Positions 1 through 12,252 are shown, numbered from the whole stretch's first letter. The stretch: DNA of 63,470 nt, filler included, from Octopus bimaculoides (GCF_001194135.2; 5 parts of 5 records of this genome joined end to end with filler, not necessarily neighbours in it); one strand, 5' to 3'. Notes: generated by a model not told the origin, from the sequence alone. Numbers and translations: made by a program.

Positions 1-597
1 AATACTTCGTTCCAAGAACATAGGAGGAATGTTAAGTTTTTTTAATATCTTTACATATGCCATAAGAACTCAAAACATAAAGAAAAATATAAAAGTATGT
101 AATAGTTGCATGCGATGAAGGAAAAGGAGAAAAAGCCAGAAAATAGGACAACTGACGAAAGAGGGATGGGAAGACAAAGCTAGAAGAAATTTAAAAGAAA
201 ATTAAAACTAAAAGTATGTGGAGAGAGAGAGAGAGAGAGAGAATAAATGAGAAAAATAAATAATAAGCTGAAGGAATGAAAGAATGAAATAATCCGTGAT
301 TAAGAGGATGTAATTTTTAGAAAGTATTTTAGGCGTGTAGGTTCCAGTTAGAACAATGGGAATTAATTAAACTTCAAACTAACGAGTTTGGTTGTGATGT
401 GAAGAGGGTCTTTGAACAGGTTTTTAGCAATGGAATTGTCAAATCGTTTTTAGGTGTGTAATAAGTGTTTGTATGTACATGCGCACAATGTGTGTGGCTT
501 GAGGAATTTCATTGCGGGTTTGGGTTAATTACTTTAAAAGGCGTGTGGAAGTATAAATACATTTGTGTGAGTGTGTTTCTGTGCGGGTGTGTACATG

Positions 598-912
598 TGT
601 GTGGCCTGGTGGTTAGTGTATTGCATTCACAATCGATACATTATGAGTTCGATTCCTGGACTGGGTGGCTCGTGTTCTTCACTACAACACTTCATTTCAC
701 GTTGCTCCAGTCCAGTCCAGTCCAATCCAGTCCAATCCAGTCCAGTCCAGTCAAGTCAGCTGTAAATGGGTAACCCAGGACTGTCTTTCCAATAAGGTAG
801 AATGTTGGCCTGCTTGTTATTCTAGCGGGGAGGCATCATTCGAAGGCTAAAACAATGCGTGGCGCATTGTGACCAGCGATGTATGACAACATACGATATT
901 CTGGTCGGTACC
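598..912 (+). mobile_element. tRNA-derived SINE (family C here) with an internal (CCAGT)n expansion
   Basis: A-box-like GTGGCCTGGTGGTT and B-box GAGTTCGATTCC, then the body motif TTCACGTTGCTCCAGTCCA...TCAGCTG shared with the copy at 43122-43353. Confidence 0.75.
706..755 (+). repeat. (TCCAG)n pentanucleotide array, about 10 units with TCCAA/TCAAG variants
   Basis: Read directly: tccag tccag tccag tccaa tccag tccaa tccag tccag tccag tcaag. Confidence 0.95.
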
Positions 913-964
913 AGATGCATATATGTGTGTGTGTGTGTGTGTGTGTTTGTGTATAGATATGTAT

Positions 965-1035
<71 letters not shown>

Positions 1036-1213
1036 ATGTGTGTGTGTGTGTATGTAGAGTGAGTGAGTGAGAGAGAGAGAGAGAGAGAGTTTCCTTTAAT
1101 AATTTTAATAATCTCAATCACCCGAGAGAGGCTATAGAGGATTTAGTCAAACAAATCAACGGCAATATTTACATAGACACACACACATATACATACACAT
1201 ATGTATATATATA

Positions 1214-1382
1214 CTCTTTTACTTTCACTTGTTTCAGTCATTTGACTGCGGCGATGCTGGAGCATCGCCTTTAGTCGAGCAAATTGACCCCAGGACTTAT
1301 TCTTTAGAAGCCTAGTACTTATTCTAGCGGTTGTCAAGCGATGTTGCGGGGACAAACACAGACACACAAACATATATACACA

Positions 1383-1447
<65 letters not shown>

Positions 1448-1606
1448 GACGGGCTTCTTTCCATTTCTGTCGACAAATCCCCTCATAAGGCTTTGGTAGG
1501 CCCGAGGCTATAGTAGAAGACACTGGCCCAAGGTGCCACGCAGTGGGAATGAACCTGGAACCGTGTGGTTGGTGAGCAAACTACTTACCACACAGCCATT
1601 CCTGCG
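1214..1606 (-). mobile_element. tRNA-derived SINE family A, full length, with internal (AT)n
   Basis: Minus strand reads GGCTGTGTGGTAAGTAGTTTGC...GGTTCCAGGTTCATTCCCACTGCGTGGCACCTTGG through ...GATGCTCCAGCATCGCCGCAGTCAAATGACTGAAACAAG. It matches the copies at 27166 and 36678. Confidence 0.9.
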
Positions 1607-2249
1607 CCAATATATGTATGCATGCATGTATGTGTGTGTGTGCGTGTGTGTGTGCGTGTGTGTGTATGTGTAGGGAGACATATATATATATATATATATG
1701 TGTGTGTATGTCCAGTAGAGGTAGAATCAACAAAAGAATTGCTCCATGAATTTAATCCAAAACCGAAAGAGATATTATTAGTTTCATGCTTTTATGATAC
1801 TTGAACATGCAAGCTTTCGGGTTGTGTTTATGCGTCATTCACACACACACACACACAAACTTATATATATAATATATGTATATGTGTGTAGGTAGATATA
1901 TGTAAAATTTCTCCCTTCATTATTTTCACGTATTCTTATGATCAACGATGTCGTCATATATTTACCTGCTTTCTTGATTAGTCTGTTATTCCAGTTTAAC
2001 AATCCAACACAAACGCACGAATAGGAACATGTGTGATCGTTGACAAAATATGAGGTTAGAAAGATTTACAAACAGGTAGATAGACCAGCTTGCTTGTTAG
2101 TTAGGTAAACAAACAGCGGTAGACTGCTTCTTATATATATACATGCCTTAAAAATAATACAAGTTAGCACCCACCCATTTAATTACATCATAAATACATA
2201 GTACCCTTACAGACACATAGACACACGTACACACACACATGCATATACG

Positions 2250-2281
<32 letters not shown>

Positions 2282-2329
2282 TATACATACATATACACAC
2301 ATGTATATATAAACACATACACACATGCA

Positions 2330-2399
<70 letters not shown>

Positions 2400-2890
2400 T
2401 ATATAGTATTTCTTCTGTGTAGAGTTAGATATATGACCATTACCCGTGTGTGTGTGTTTTATATATATGTATGTATATGTGTGTGTGTGTGTGTGTGTAT
2501 ACATATATATATACAGAGGGAGAGACAAACAGACAGAATGATAGAAAGATATAGATATAAATATGTACATTTGCATATACATACATACAGACACACATAT
2601 ATATACGTATATATATATACATACTTACACACATATATACACACATGCATACACACACGTACACACACACATATTCAAATGTATAGGCATATCTATATCT
2701 TTTTTGCTGCCTCTCTATACAATACTCACGCCTCACACATACACACACATACACATACATACATACATACATACATACTTACATACATACTTACATACGT
2801 ACCCGTGTCTAATTCTCATGATAATTGTCATTCGCGTTCCACACCTTAATTGGTTACTCATATAACTTTAGTCACTTCAACCACTACGCC

Positions 2891-2893
<3 letters not shown>

Positions 2894-2948
<55 letters not shown>

Positions 2949-3125
2949 CAACAACATCGAAAAATACCTTAGGAATGAGAACCCAAGTTCGAAAATTTCT
3001 CCAAGACACCTGATGAAGGCTGGAGGGTATATCAGCCGAAACGTTGTGTTAACAACAAACAAACAAGATGAGGACAACTATCCGTCAAATATAGATAATG
3101 TAGTTAATGTAAATAATGTGCATAA
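2894..3125 (+). mobile_element. (AAT)n plus Penelope-like pLTR tail containing a hammerhead motif (same family as 5738-6015)
   Basis: 2950-3120 is the reverse complement of 5740-5890 with few mismatches and contains CTGATGAAGGCTGGAGGGTATATCAGCCGAAACGTT. Confidence 0.8.
3005..3050 (+). ncRNA. minimal type I hammerhead ribozyme motif (Penelope-type)
   Basis: Helix I GACAC(3005-3009)/GTGTT(3046-3050); core CTGATGA(3010-3016) plus one extra A; helix II GGCTG/CAGCC; GAAA(3038-3041); palindromic ACGT helix III; predicted cleavage after GTT at 3045. Confidence 0.75.
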
Positions 3126-3171
3126 TTCCTCATCTCTTAAATATGGAATTGTATTACCATTCATTTTATCG

Positions 3172-3292
3172 CTTGCAAAAGGACGAAAGGCAAAGTCAAC
3201 CTCGACGGTATTTGAACTAAAGAATTAAATGATGGATGAAATGCGGCTTAGCATTTTGTCCGGCGCAGTAATGATTCTACCAGCTCACCGTC
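3172..3292 (-). mobile_element. SINE family B fragment, diverged
   Basis: GAAAGGCAAAGTCAACCTCGACGGTATTTGAACT...CTACCAGCTCACCG matches the family B head and body. Confidence 0.75.
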
Positions 3293-4997
3293 TTCTCTTA
3301 TATATTACCACAGCATTGCATTAGAATTGTGAAGAATTTCTTTTATTTACCAATATCTAATGCACAGCTCACCAATCTTGTTCTATGCAAAATTCGTCAC
3401 ATTGCTAAGTCCACCTTGTTGCAGTGTCGTTACATGCGCGTTGTTTGTACAACACAAAGGTCTAAAACAGAAAACACAGGATAGCAGTTCGTCCAGTCAT
3501 TTATATTCATATGTCACTCAATAGCTCCGAGGAAGATATTGCACAACTACTCACCTGTGAGCACACTGCTTCTCATAGCAGAAACAACAGTAAGCTAATG
3601 ATGTCCATTGCGCTATTCCTGCTAGTTCCCATACAATAATGAAAATCAATTAATATCGAAAATTTGTACATGTATTTATTTTAGAAAATCAATTGATTAA
3701 TTAAATAAACTACTAATGAAGACGTTGTTTAGTTTAATTTGAGCCATCATAATTCAGCACAATTACAGTCAAAAGTCGTACACACACAGGTTTCTTTGCT
3801 GTGTTATTTCTAGGACTACAATGTTGAATGCGTCATTCCATCCCATCATTTTGAAAAAAAGACTGTAACGCGTGTGTTTATATTTATTTATATTTATTTA
3901 TATTAAAATACGTGTAGGTGTTTAAACGTATCTGTGAATTTCTTTGTGAATGTTGAAATATGTATGAAACATATCTCCCCCCATCACTTTCTCTCTCTCT
4001 TTGTTCCTCTGTTTTTGATGCTCTCTTTCTCTGTACATGTGTGTGTACGTGTGCTTGTGTCCGTGTGATTCTGTATGTGTGTGTGTGTGTGCGCGCATGT
4101 GTGTGTGTTTGTGTGTGTTTTTGTGTTTGTGTGTGTGTGTGTGTGTGTGTTGTAGCATGTAGCTATGGCTGTAAATGTATAAATTCAAATGGATCTATGA
4201 TAATCAGTAGAAATGCTAACAAGGAGATGTATATCTATATCGCTATCTTTCTCTTTCTTTGTGTATTGAAGTATGCATCTCTATGACAGCAAAAGTATGT
4301 ATTTAAACGCATTGAGGATAATCTTAGTGAATACTGAAATATATATATATATATGTANNNNNNNNNNNNNNNNNNNNNNNNNNNNNNNNNNNNNNNNNNN
4401 NNNNNNNNNNNNNNNNNNNNNNNNNNNNNNNNNNNNNNNNNNNNNNNNNNNNNNNNNNNNNNNNNNNNNNNNNNNNNNNNNNNNNNNNNNNNNNNNNNNN
4501 NNNNNNNNNNNNNNNNNNNNNNNNNNNNNNNNNNNNNNNNNCTCTCTCTCTCTCTCTCTCTCCCTCTCTCTTCTCAGGATGTCTGTGCCAGCGCGAATTT
4601 GTATCCACATGCTTGTGTTTACAATTGTGCAATTATATTTAACTACGTGTGTTGAACGTTCTTCATATACGCGCGTGCGATATCTTTCTGCATTCTTGAC
4701 GTCTAACTAGCCATGGCTGGTCAGTTTCTCCCAACCTTTTCCTCACACATTAACAACAGAAATATTTTGTTAACATCCTCTCTCTCTTTCCTGTACAACG
4801 ATCGAAGAAGACAGTTTATAATCCGGACACGTCTTGTCCGTGTCCAGTCTTGCATTTTTCACTTCCTCTGGTTTCTACAGTTATATTCCCCTAATTTGTA
4901 TGTGACTCCCTTTGTCTCCCTTCTCCACGTCCCTATCACCCACCTTTCCGCTTTCTCCCGGTATGTATGTATGTATGTATGTATGTATGTATGCACG

Positions 4998-5031
<34 letters not shown>

Positions 5032-5409
5032 TGTATGTATACACCTTCACACTTATATCCGTAAATGTGTGTGTGTGTATTTATATATATAAATTATATT
5101 ATATATATATGTATATACATATATATACACATTCATATATATATATATATATATAGATATATATATACATACATATATATGTTATATCGTATAAAGTAGG
5201 TGTATGTGATTCCTCGTCTTATCTGCTCCCTCTGCCTCTCCCTCATTCTCGCTCTCTCTTTCTCTGTAAATATNNNNNNNNNNNNNNNNNNNNNNNNNNN
5301 NNNNNNNNNNNNNNNNNNNNNNNNNNNNNNNNNNNNNNNATATATATATACACACATATATAGATCTATAGATAGATAGATAGATAGATAGATAGATTAA
5401 GAAATGGAG

Positions 5410-5680
5410 TTAAACTTCGACTACCTAGTCCGACCCTCTTCTCGACCGAGACACGCACGGATGATGATAACAAGGCCATGTCGTAGTGTATCCCGAGTTT
5501 GTCCCCGAAAGGACGTTTATGTGCTACACCGCAGTACCTTGTTTCTCTAGGGTCTGTAGCATCGCATTAATCTCAACACTGTCAACTGCCTTTTCGTTAT
5601 CAACGAACGCGACGCACAGAGACAACAGAGACGTTCTCGCTTGCTCCAACAATTTCAGGACGTATCTGTCTGTGTTTTGC
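5410..5680 (-). mobile_element. degenerate RTE-clade LINE reverse-transcriptase fragment
   Basis: Minus-strand translation LLEQARTSLLSLCVAFVDNEKAVDSVEINAMLQTLEKQG...INVLSGTNSGYTTDM resembles the RT motif FVDYEKAFDSVE as seen in RTE elements. Confidence 0.7.
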
Positions 5681-5737
5681 TCCACAGCAGCTTGGTATCT
5701 GGTGTTGCAGTTCTATGTTTAAGAGATGAGGAATTAT

Positions 5738-5887
5738 GTACATTATTTACATTATTTACATTTGATGGATACTTGTCCTCATCTTGTTTGTTAACGCAAC
5801 GTTTCAGCTGATATACCCTCCAGCCTTCATCAGGTGTCTTGAGGAAATTTCGAAGCTGGGATCTGATTCCTAAGGTATTTTTCGATG

Positions 5888-5968
<81 letters not shown>

Positions 5969-6015
5969 TCACTGCCTGGAATCGAACTCGGAATCTTGGT
6001 GTTAGTTGCCCGTGG
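5738..6015 (-). mobile_element. composite element: tRNA-like B-box head, (AAT)n, hammerhead-bearing Penelope-like tail
   Basis: Minus strand: CCAAGATTCCGAGTTCGATTCCAGGCAGTGACCTGAA, then (TAA)n, then ACATCGAAAAATACCTTAGG...GACACCTGATGAAGGCTGGAGGGTATATCAGCTGAAACGTTGCGTT. Confidence 0.8.
5793..5838 (-). ncRNA. minimal hammerhead motif, second copy (G-U in helix II, one mismatch in helix I)
   Basis: Reverse complement reads GACAC CTGATGA A GGCTG GAGGGTATAT CAGCT GAAAC GTT GCGTT. Confidence 0.6.
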
Positions 6016-6022
6016 GCTAACG

Positions 6023-6097
6023 AAGCCGAAACGTTGTGTTAACAACAAACAAGATGAGGATAATTATCCGTCAAATGTAAATAATGTAAATAATGTG
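6023..6097 (+). repeat. inverted partial copy of the element's own 3' tail, joined at its truncated 5' end
   Basis: AGCCGAAACGTTGTGTTAACAACAAACAAGATGAGGATAATTATCCGTCAAATGTAAATAATGTAAATAATGT is the inverted counterpart of about 5738-5808. Confidence 0.85.
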
Positions 6098-6254
6098 GTA
6101 TTGCAGTTTTTTTCGTCTCCATAACATCGTAACTTAAAGGCTCAGCAAAAGAACCGGTAGAATAGACACCTTGCTTTAAATGTATATGGTGTTCAAGCAG
6201 TTGCTCCACAGTGAAATTTTTTTCCTGATTCTTTAAGAGTCAGACTCTCCAAGA

Positions 6255-6592
6255 TGTATTTCAAAACATGTATTTCAAAACATCATTTACTCTTGGCGTT
6301 TTTGAGAAAATTGTGTAAATATATCAGAAATAACAGTGAAAGACTAAATATACACCGCCGGAACGTCTTATTGACAAACCACAGCAGTAATTGTTTTCAC
6401 CTCAATTGATTGGTTGAAATTACCGAAATATGACAACTTTAACACAATTTTCGTAAAAACGCTAAGAGTAAACGATGTTTTAAATGACATATTCTAACTG
6501 TATACGAAATTTGAAAGTGTTTAGTTACAAAAAATTATTTTTTCTATTTGCCGGCCAAAAGGAAAAGATCCGAATCAACTTATATATTGAAA
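6255..6592. mobile_element. non-autonomous DNA-transposon-like remnant with an internal inverted repeat
   Basis: CATCATTTACTCTTGGCGTTTTTGAGAAAATTGTGT (about 6280-6315) pairs with ACACAATTTTCGTAAAAACGCTAAGAGTAAACGATG (about 6442-6477). There is also a 14-bp tandem duplication ATGTATTTCAAAAC. Confidence 0.5.
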
Positions 6593-8349
6593 ATGAAGGA
6601 CGATACTTTCAACACCTCTTATTAAGTTTTTTAAAGTCTTGTAAACTCTAATATATTCTTTTGTAGCCTTATACCATCTTATAAATATTTATTTTGCAAT
6701 GAAATACTTACTGCAGAGAGACTGTTCGAATACCCTGCATAAGCAGTGAGTATGATTCTCTCGTCCAAATTTCTTCAATGTGGTGCTCTAGCATGGCTGC
6801 ATTCTAATGACTGAAGCAAGTATAACATAAAAGAAAAATGTGAGTGTATGTTCGGATACGAAAGTAAATTCTCAATGCCACGTTTTCGTATTTCTTGTAG
6901 CGTTTGTTAGTTCAGTCTAGTAACACACACGAATAAGCACATGAGGGATTATAGATTTATAATGGGTTTGACAGATTTCATAAACAAGTAGATAAACATA
7001 ACTGCTAGATGGATAGGTAAACAGTTGTTAGATAGGTAAACAAATAAACAAAACACAAATGCAAACAATAAAACAGATACAAAAATACTAATACAAAAAT
7101 TACTCATGCTTGCACCAAAGCGAATGCATAAGTTTTTAATTAACTCTGTGAGTGCGTTGTGTCTGTTGTGTGTATGTGTGTATGTGTGTCTGTGTGTGCG
7201 TGTGTATGTGTGTCTGTGTGTGTGTCTGGTTGTATACACAAAATACACTTATAAACATAACTATGCAGGCACGTAATATATACGTAAATGTATGTATATG
7301 AATATATTTTTTTCTTCTTTCCGTCCTTATTTTCGTATACATTCGCTGCTTTCTTCCAAGGAATTTAATGCTCTTAGCTTAATTTTTCCTTGGGGACGGC
7401 CAGATTGGAGCAATCTTGAGTATAACCAGCCGAAATTGCAAAGATAATCTGGAACTCGACTGAGGAAAGAAAACTCTGATTGACCCGACCTTGTTTTCTT
7501 TGTATCGTCTATCTGGATGTTTTGCCGTTCAACACAAGAACTCACATAAAGAATCTCGCAAACCAAATCTAAAAACGAAACATAATATATACATATATAT
7601 ATANNNNNNNNNNNNNNNNNNNNNNNNNNNNNNNNNNNNNNNNNNNNNNNNNNNNNNNNNNNNNNNNNNNNNNNNNNNNNNNNNNNNNNNNNNNNNNNNN
7701 NNNNNNNNNNNNNNNNNNNNNNNNNNNNNNNNNNNNNNNNNNNNNNNNNNNNNNNNNNNNNNNNNNNNNNNNNNNNNNNNNNNNNNNNNNNNNNNNNNNN
7801 NNNNNNNNNNNNNNNNNNNNNNNNNNNNNNNNNNNNNNNNNNNNNNNNNNNNNNNNNNNNNNNNNNNNNNNNNNNNNNNNNNNNNNNNNNNNNNNNNNNN
7901 NNNNNNNNNNNNNNNNNNNNNNNNNNNNNNNNNNNNNNNNNNNNNNNNNNNNNNNNNNNNNNNNNNNNNNNNNNNNNNNNNNNNNNNNNNNNNNNNNNNN
8001 NNNNNNNNNNNNNNNNNNNNNNNNNNNNNNNNNNNNNNNNNNNNNNNNNNNNNNNNNNNNNNNNNNNNNNNNNNNNNNNNNNNNNNNNNNNNNNNNNNNN
8101 NNNNNNNNNNNNNNNNNNNNNNNNNNNNNNNNNNNNNNNNNNNNNNNNNNNNNNNNNNNNNNNNNNNNNNNNNNNNNNNNNNNNNNNNNNNNNNNNNNNN
8201 NNNNNNNNNNNNNNNNNNNNNNNNNNNNNNNNNNNNNNNNNNNNNNNNNNNNNNNNNNNNNNNNNNNNNNNNNNNNNNNNNNNNNNNNNNNNNNNNNNNN
8301 NNNNNNNNNNNNNNNNNNNNNCTGAGTTGAAACAAAATAAATAAATTAA

Positions 8350-8364
8350 TTAATAATAATAATG

Positions 8365-8405
<41 letters not shown>

Positions 8406-8406
8406 T

Positions 8407-8436
<30 letters not shown>
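8350..8436. repeat. (TAA)n microsatellite
   Basis: Read directly. Confidence 0.95.
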
Positions 8437-8438
<2 letters not shown>

Positions 8439-8944
8439 AAATTCTTGGCACGCATTTGGTTCAAATGATTTTTGTACTTGGTTTCCAGATGTTTGCTCGG
8501 AAGACGAAACAGAAATGGGCACCGGAAGATCCTTTTATTGTATTTTATTTTTATTTTTTTATTGTTTTAATCTTGCAGGAGATTCTGCTATCGACTAAGC
8601 TTGTTGACACAGATATCTCATTGCCAGTGAAAGGTGAAATTATCCCCTGTCATGTGCAGCTGGCCGATAAAACGCTTGCTCACATTCGCTCTATGCGTCG
8701 TTGCTGTCATCTTTCGCCATTGCCGTTGATGTTGTTATGTCGTCCAATTATTTCTTCCTTCTTATTCTTCGATATGTATTTTTCTTTTTTTTTTTTCCTA
8801 TTTCATCCCCCATCCTCACAAATGCGGTCAGTCTACTCCACCCCGGATGTTGTGTACTTAATATTGTTTAATACATTCTCGTGTATAGGTCCACTCTGTG
8901 GCACGGCAACCCCTTCGTTAAATTGATATTGTATCTGTGTAGAT

Positions 8945-9119
8945 CAGTGTTTCCCAACCATTTTTTATCTCTTGACCCCTTTCACTCCTATTCTATTTCG
9001 ATGGATCCTCATAGCCCCTCAGTATTTAGAAATCTTATTATTATCATCTATTTCTATAATTGGACATAGTAAGGAATTGTATAAAAATGATTGTTAAAAT
9101 ATTTTGTGCATCATAGAAG
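8945..9119 (+). mobile_element. hAT (Charlie-like) MITE left end, interrupted
   Basis: Starts CAGTGTTTCCCAACC (typical hAT TIR) after GTGTAGAT, which resembles the NTCTAGAN target consensus. No right TIR was found. Confidence 0.55.
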
Positions 9120-9121
9120 TA

Positions 9122-9470
9122 TAGGATCATCCCATAAATAATGCGGTTTTAATACTACTTTTATTTTTCAAATTAAAATAAATAAAATTCTTTTATAATC
9201 TAAAATATACTCTCCTCCATTTTCTACAATGTTCTTCCAGCTATCTGGTAGACTTGCTAGGCCCCTCTTCCAAAATTCAATTCCCCGTGACAAAAATACT
9301 CCTCCACTACTGTTCTGACCTCGTCTAAAGAATTCATATTCTTCCCGTCCAAATGATTTTGAAGAATGCGGAATAAATGATGATGAGAAGGAGCAATGTC
9401 CGGCGAATATGGTGGGTGGGGCATCGTTTCCAATTCAAACTGTTCCAGCTTTTGGAATGTCATCCTCGCT
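9122..9470 (-). mobile_element. mariner transposase 3' fragment with terminal inverted repeat
   Basis: HPPYSPDIAPSHHHLFRILQNHLDGK...EEYF, then in a shifted frame EFWKRGLASLPDSWKNIVENGGEY. The terminus TAGGATCATCCCATAAATAATGCGG sits next to TA at 9120-9121. Confidence 0.92.
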
Positions 9471-11405
9471 GTATATAAATATTAGTTAACATATATATCC
9501 TNNNNNNNNNNNNNNNNNNNNNNNNNNNNNNNNNNNNNNNNNNNNNNNNNNNNNNNNNNNNNNNNNNNNNNNNNNNNNNNNNNNNNNNNNNNNNNNNNNN
9601 NGGGAGAAATAGAGAGATAGAGGGGAATAGCGAGAGAGAGATCAAGAGAGAGAGAAAAAGAGAATGAAGGAGAGCGATTAAGAGAAAATGACGTTTTGTG
9701 TAAGTGAGATTGGACGCTTAGCATTGAACATATGAAGTCATTTTATATATATGAGGAAAACAACGTATTATTATTATCATTATTATTATTATTATTATAT
9801 AAATATATATATATACACACACGCGCACATAAATAAATAAATAAATATATATACACGCACACAAAATATATATATATATANNNNNNNNNNNNNNNNNNNN
9901 NNNNNNNNNNNNNNNNNNNNNNNNNNNNNNNNNNNNNNNNNNNNNNNNNNNNNNNNNNNNNNNNNNNNNNNNNNNNNNNNNNNNNNNNNNNNNNNNNNNN
10001 NNNNNNNNNNNNNNNNNNNNNNNNNNNNNNNNNNNNNNNNNNNNNNNNNNNNNNNNNNNNNNNNNNNNNNNNNNNNNNNNNNNNNNNNNNNNNNNNNNNN
10101 NNNNNNNNNNNNNNNNNNNNNNNNNNNNNNNNNNNNNNNNNNNNNNNNNNNNNNNNNNNNNNNNNNNNNNNNNNNNNNNNNNNNNNNNNNNNNNNNNNNN
10201 NNNNNNNNNNNNNNNNNNNNNNNNNNNNNNNNNNNNNNNNNNNNNNNNNNNNNNNNNNNNNNNNNNNNNNNNNNNNNNNNNNNNNNNNNNNNNNNNNNNN
10301 NNNNNNNNNNNNNNNNNNNNNNNNNNNNNNNNNNNNNNNNNNNNNNNNNNNNNNNNNNNNNNNNNNNNNNNNNNNNNNNNNNNNNNNNNNNNNNNNNNNN
10401 NNNNNNNNNNNNNNNNNNNNNNNNNNNNNNNNNNNNNNNNNNNNNNNNNNNNNNNNNNNNNNNNNNNNNNNNNNNNNNNNNNNNNNNNNNNNNNNNNNNN
10501 NNNNNNNNNNNNNNNNNNNNNNNNNNNNNNNNNNNNNNNNNNNNNNNNNNNNNNNNNNNNNNNNNNNNNNNNNNNNNNNNNNNNNNNNNNNNNNNNNNNN
10601 NNNNNNNNNNNNNNNNNNNNNNNNNNNNNNNNNNNNNNNNNNNNNNNNNNNNNNNNNNNNNNNNNNNNNNNNNNNNNNNNNNNNNNNNNNNNNNNNNNNN
10701 NNNNNNNNNNNNNNNNNNNNNNNNNNNNNNNNNNNNNNNNNNNNNNNNNNNNNNNNNNNNNNTATATATACATATATAAATATATATATACATGTACATA
10801 CACATATATATAAATATATACATATACATACATATATATACATATATATATATATATATAAATATACATATACATATGCATATATATATATATATACATA
10901 CAAATATAAACACACACGCATGTATATATGCACATGTGTGTGTGTATGTGTGTGTGCCTGAGTGTGTGTGTGTGTGTGTTTTAGTGTGCGTATTTGTGCG
11001 TTTGTATCTCTCAGTGTATGTTTTTGTTCTATTGCCTTTTCCTTGTGGTTACTCATTCTGGTGTCTCTAAAATCCCTCTTATTTCTGTTGTCAGAACTTA
11101 TTTATAGGTTCAAGTCTGTATTCCACAAACACACTGACTCACAAGTGTTTCTCTCTTTGTCCCTCTCGTCCTCTCCCTATGCGTATATATATATATGTAT
11201 GTGTATGTGAGAATGTATGTGTACCTATGTCTACATATGTAAGCATATATACGTGTTCATATATATATACTTTCGCATATGTAAATGCATATGTATCTAC
11301 ATATCTGTGTGTGTGTGTTGGGGCACCCTTGATAAAATATGTAGTCGAATCATTGGAATCCAATACACATTTTTTAAAAAGTCTTTTACTAATTCTATCA
11401 TTCAT

Positions 11406-11618
11406 TTTTGCCGAAACGCTAAGTTAGAGGGACATAAACACACCAATACCGGTTGTCAAGGAGTGGGGGGAATAAGCACAGAAACAAAGACATACACATA
11501 TTATATATATGCACGACGGGTTTCTTTCAGTTTCCGTCTACCAAATCCCCTCATACAATGCTTTGGTCGGCCCGAGCCTATAGGAAAAAAATTGCCCAAG
11601 GTACCATGCAGTGGAACT
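11406..11618 (-). mobile_element. SINE family A, partial
   Basis: TTTCTTTCAGTTTCCGTCTACCAAATCC...TTGCCCAAGGTACCATGCAGTGG matches family A. Confidence 0.85.
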
Positions 11619-11806
11619 ATATCGTTGGGGTACAATCTTCTTACCCAACATCCACGCCTGTTCGATATAATCGACTAACCTCGCCTCAGTTGCTAGCTTT
11701 GAGCATAAATTAGAAATATTTGTTCCGACACTTTACGCTCTGAGTTCAAATCCAATGAAGTCATTTCGAGATTGATAAAAAGTACCAGTCAAATACTGGC
11801 GCTAAA

Positions 11807-11906
11807 NNNNNNNNNNNNNNNNNNNNNNNNNNNNNNNNNNNNNNNNNNNNTTAATTAATTAANNNNNNNNNNNNNNNNNNNNNNNNNNNNNNNNNNNNNN
11901 NNNNNN
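11807..11906. other. artificial 100-bp gap: 44 N, TTAATTAATTAA, 44 N
   Basis: Marker at 11851-11862; the same layout occurs at three other gaps. Confidence 0.95.
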
Positions 11907-12127
11907 ATATATAATACATTAAATATATTATATAGGGGGACTGTTAGCAATTAAAACCTAACGACAAATTTTTGAAGACAAATTAATTATTAATTTGTCT
12001 TTGAGTACAAAAACAGTACCACTATTGCTAGCAATAAGAGAAAAAATGACTCGATAACCATACAAAGCACTAACCTCATGAGATTGACGAAAAGCGAGGG
12101 AGCGAACGAAAACACAGATAGTTAAAT

Positions 12128-12187
12128 AGACAGACAGACAGACAGACAGTCAGACAAACAGACAGACAGACAGACTGACAGACTGAC

Positions 12188-12250
<63 letters not shown>
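12128..12250. repeat. compound (GACA)n-(GATA)n microsatellite
   Basis: Read directly. Confidence 0.95.
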
Positions 12251-12252
<2 letters not shown>

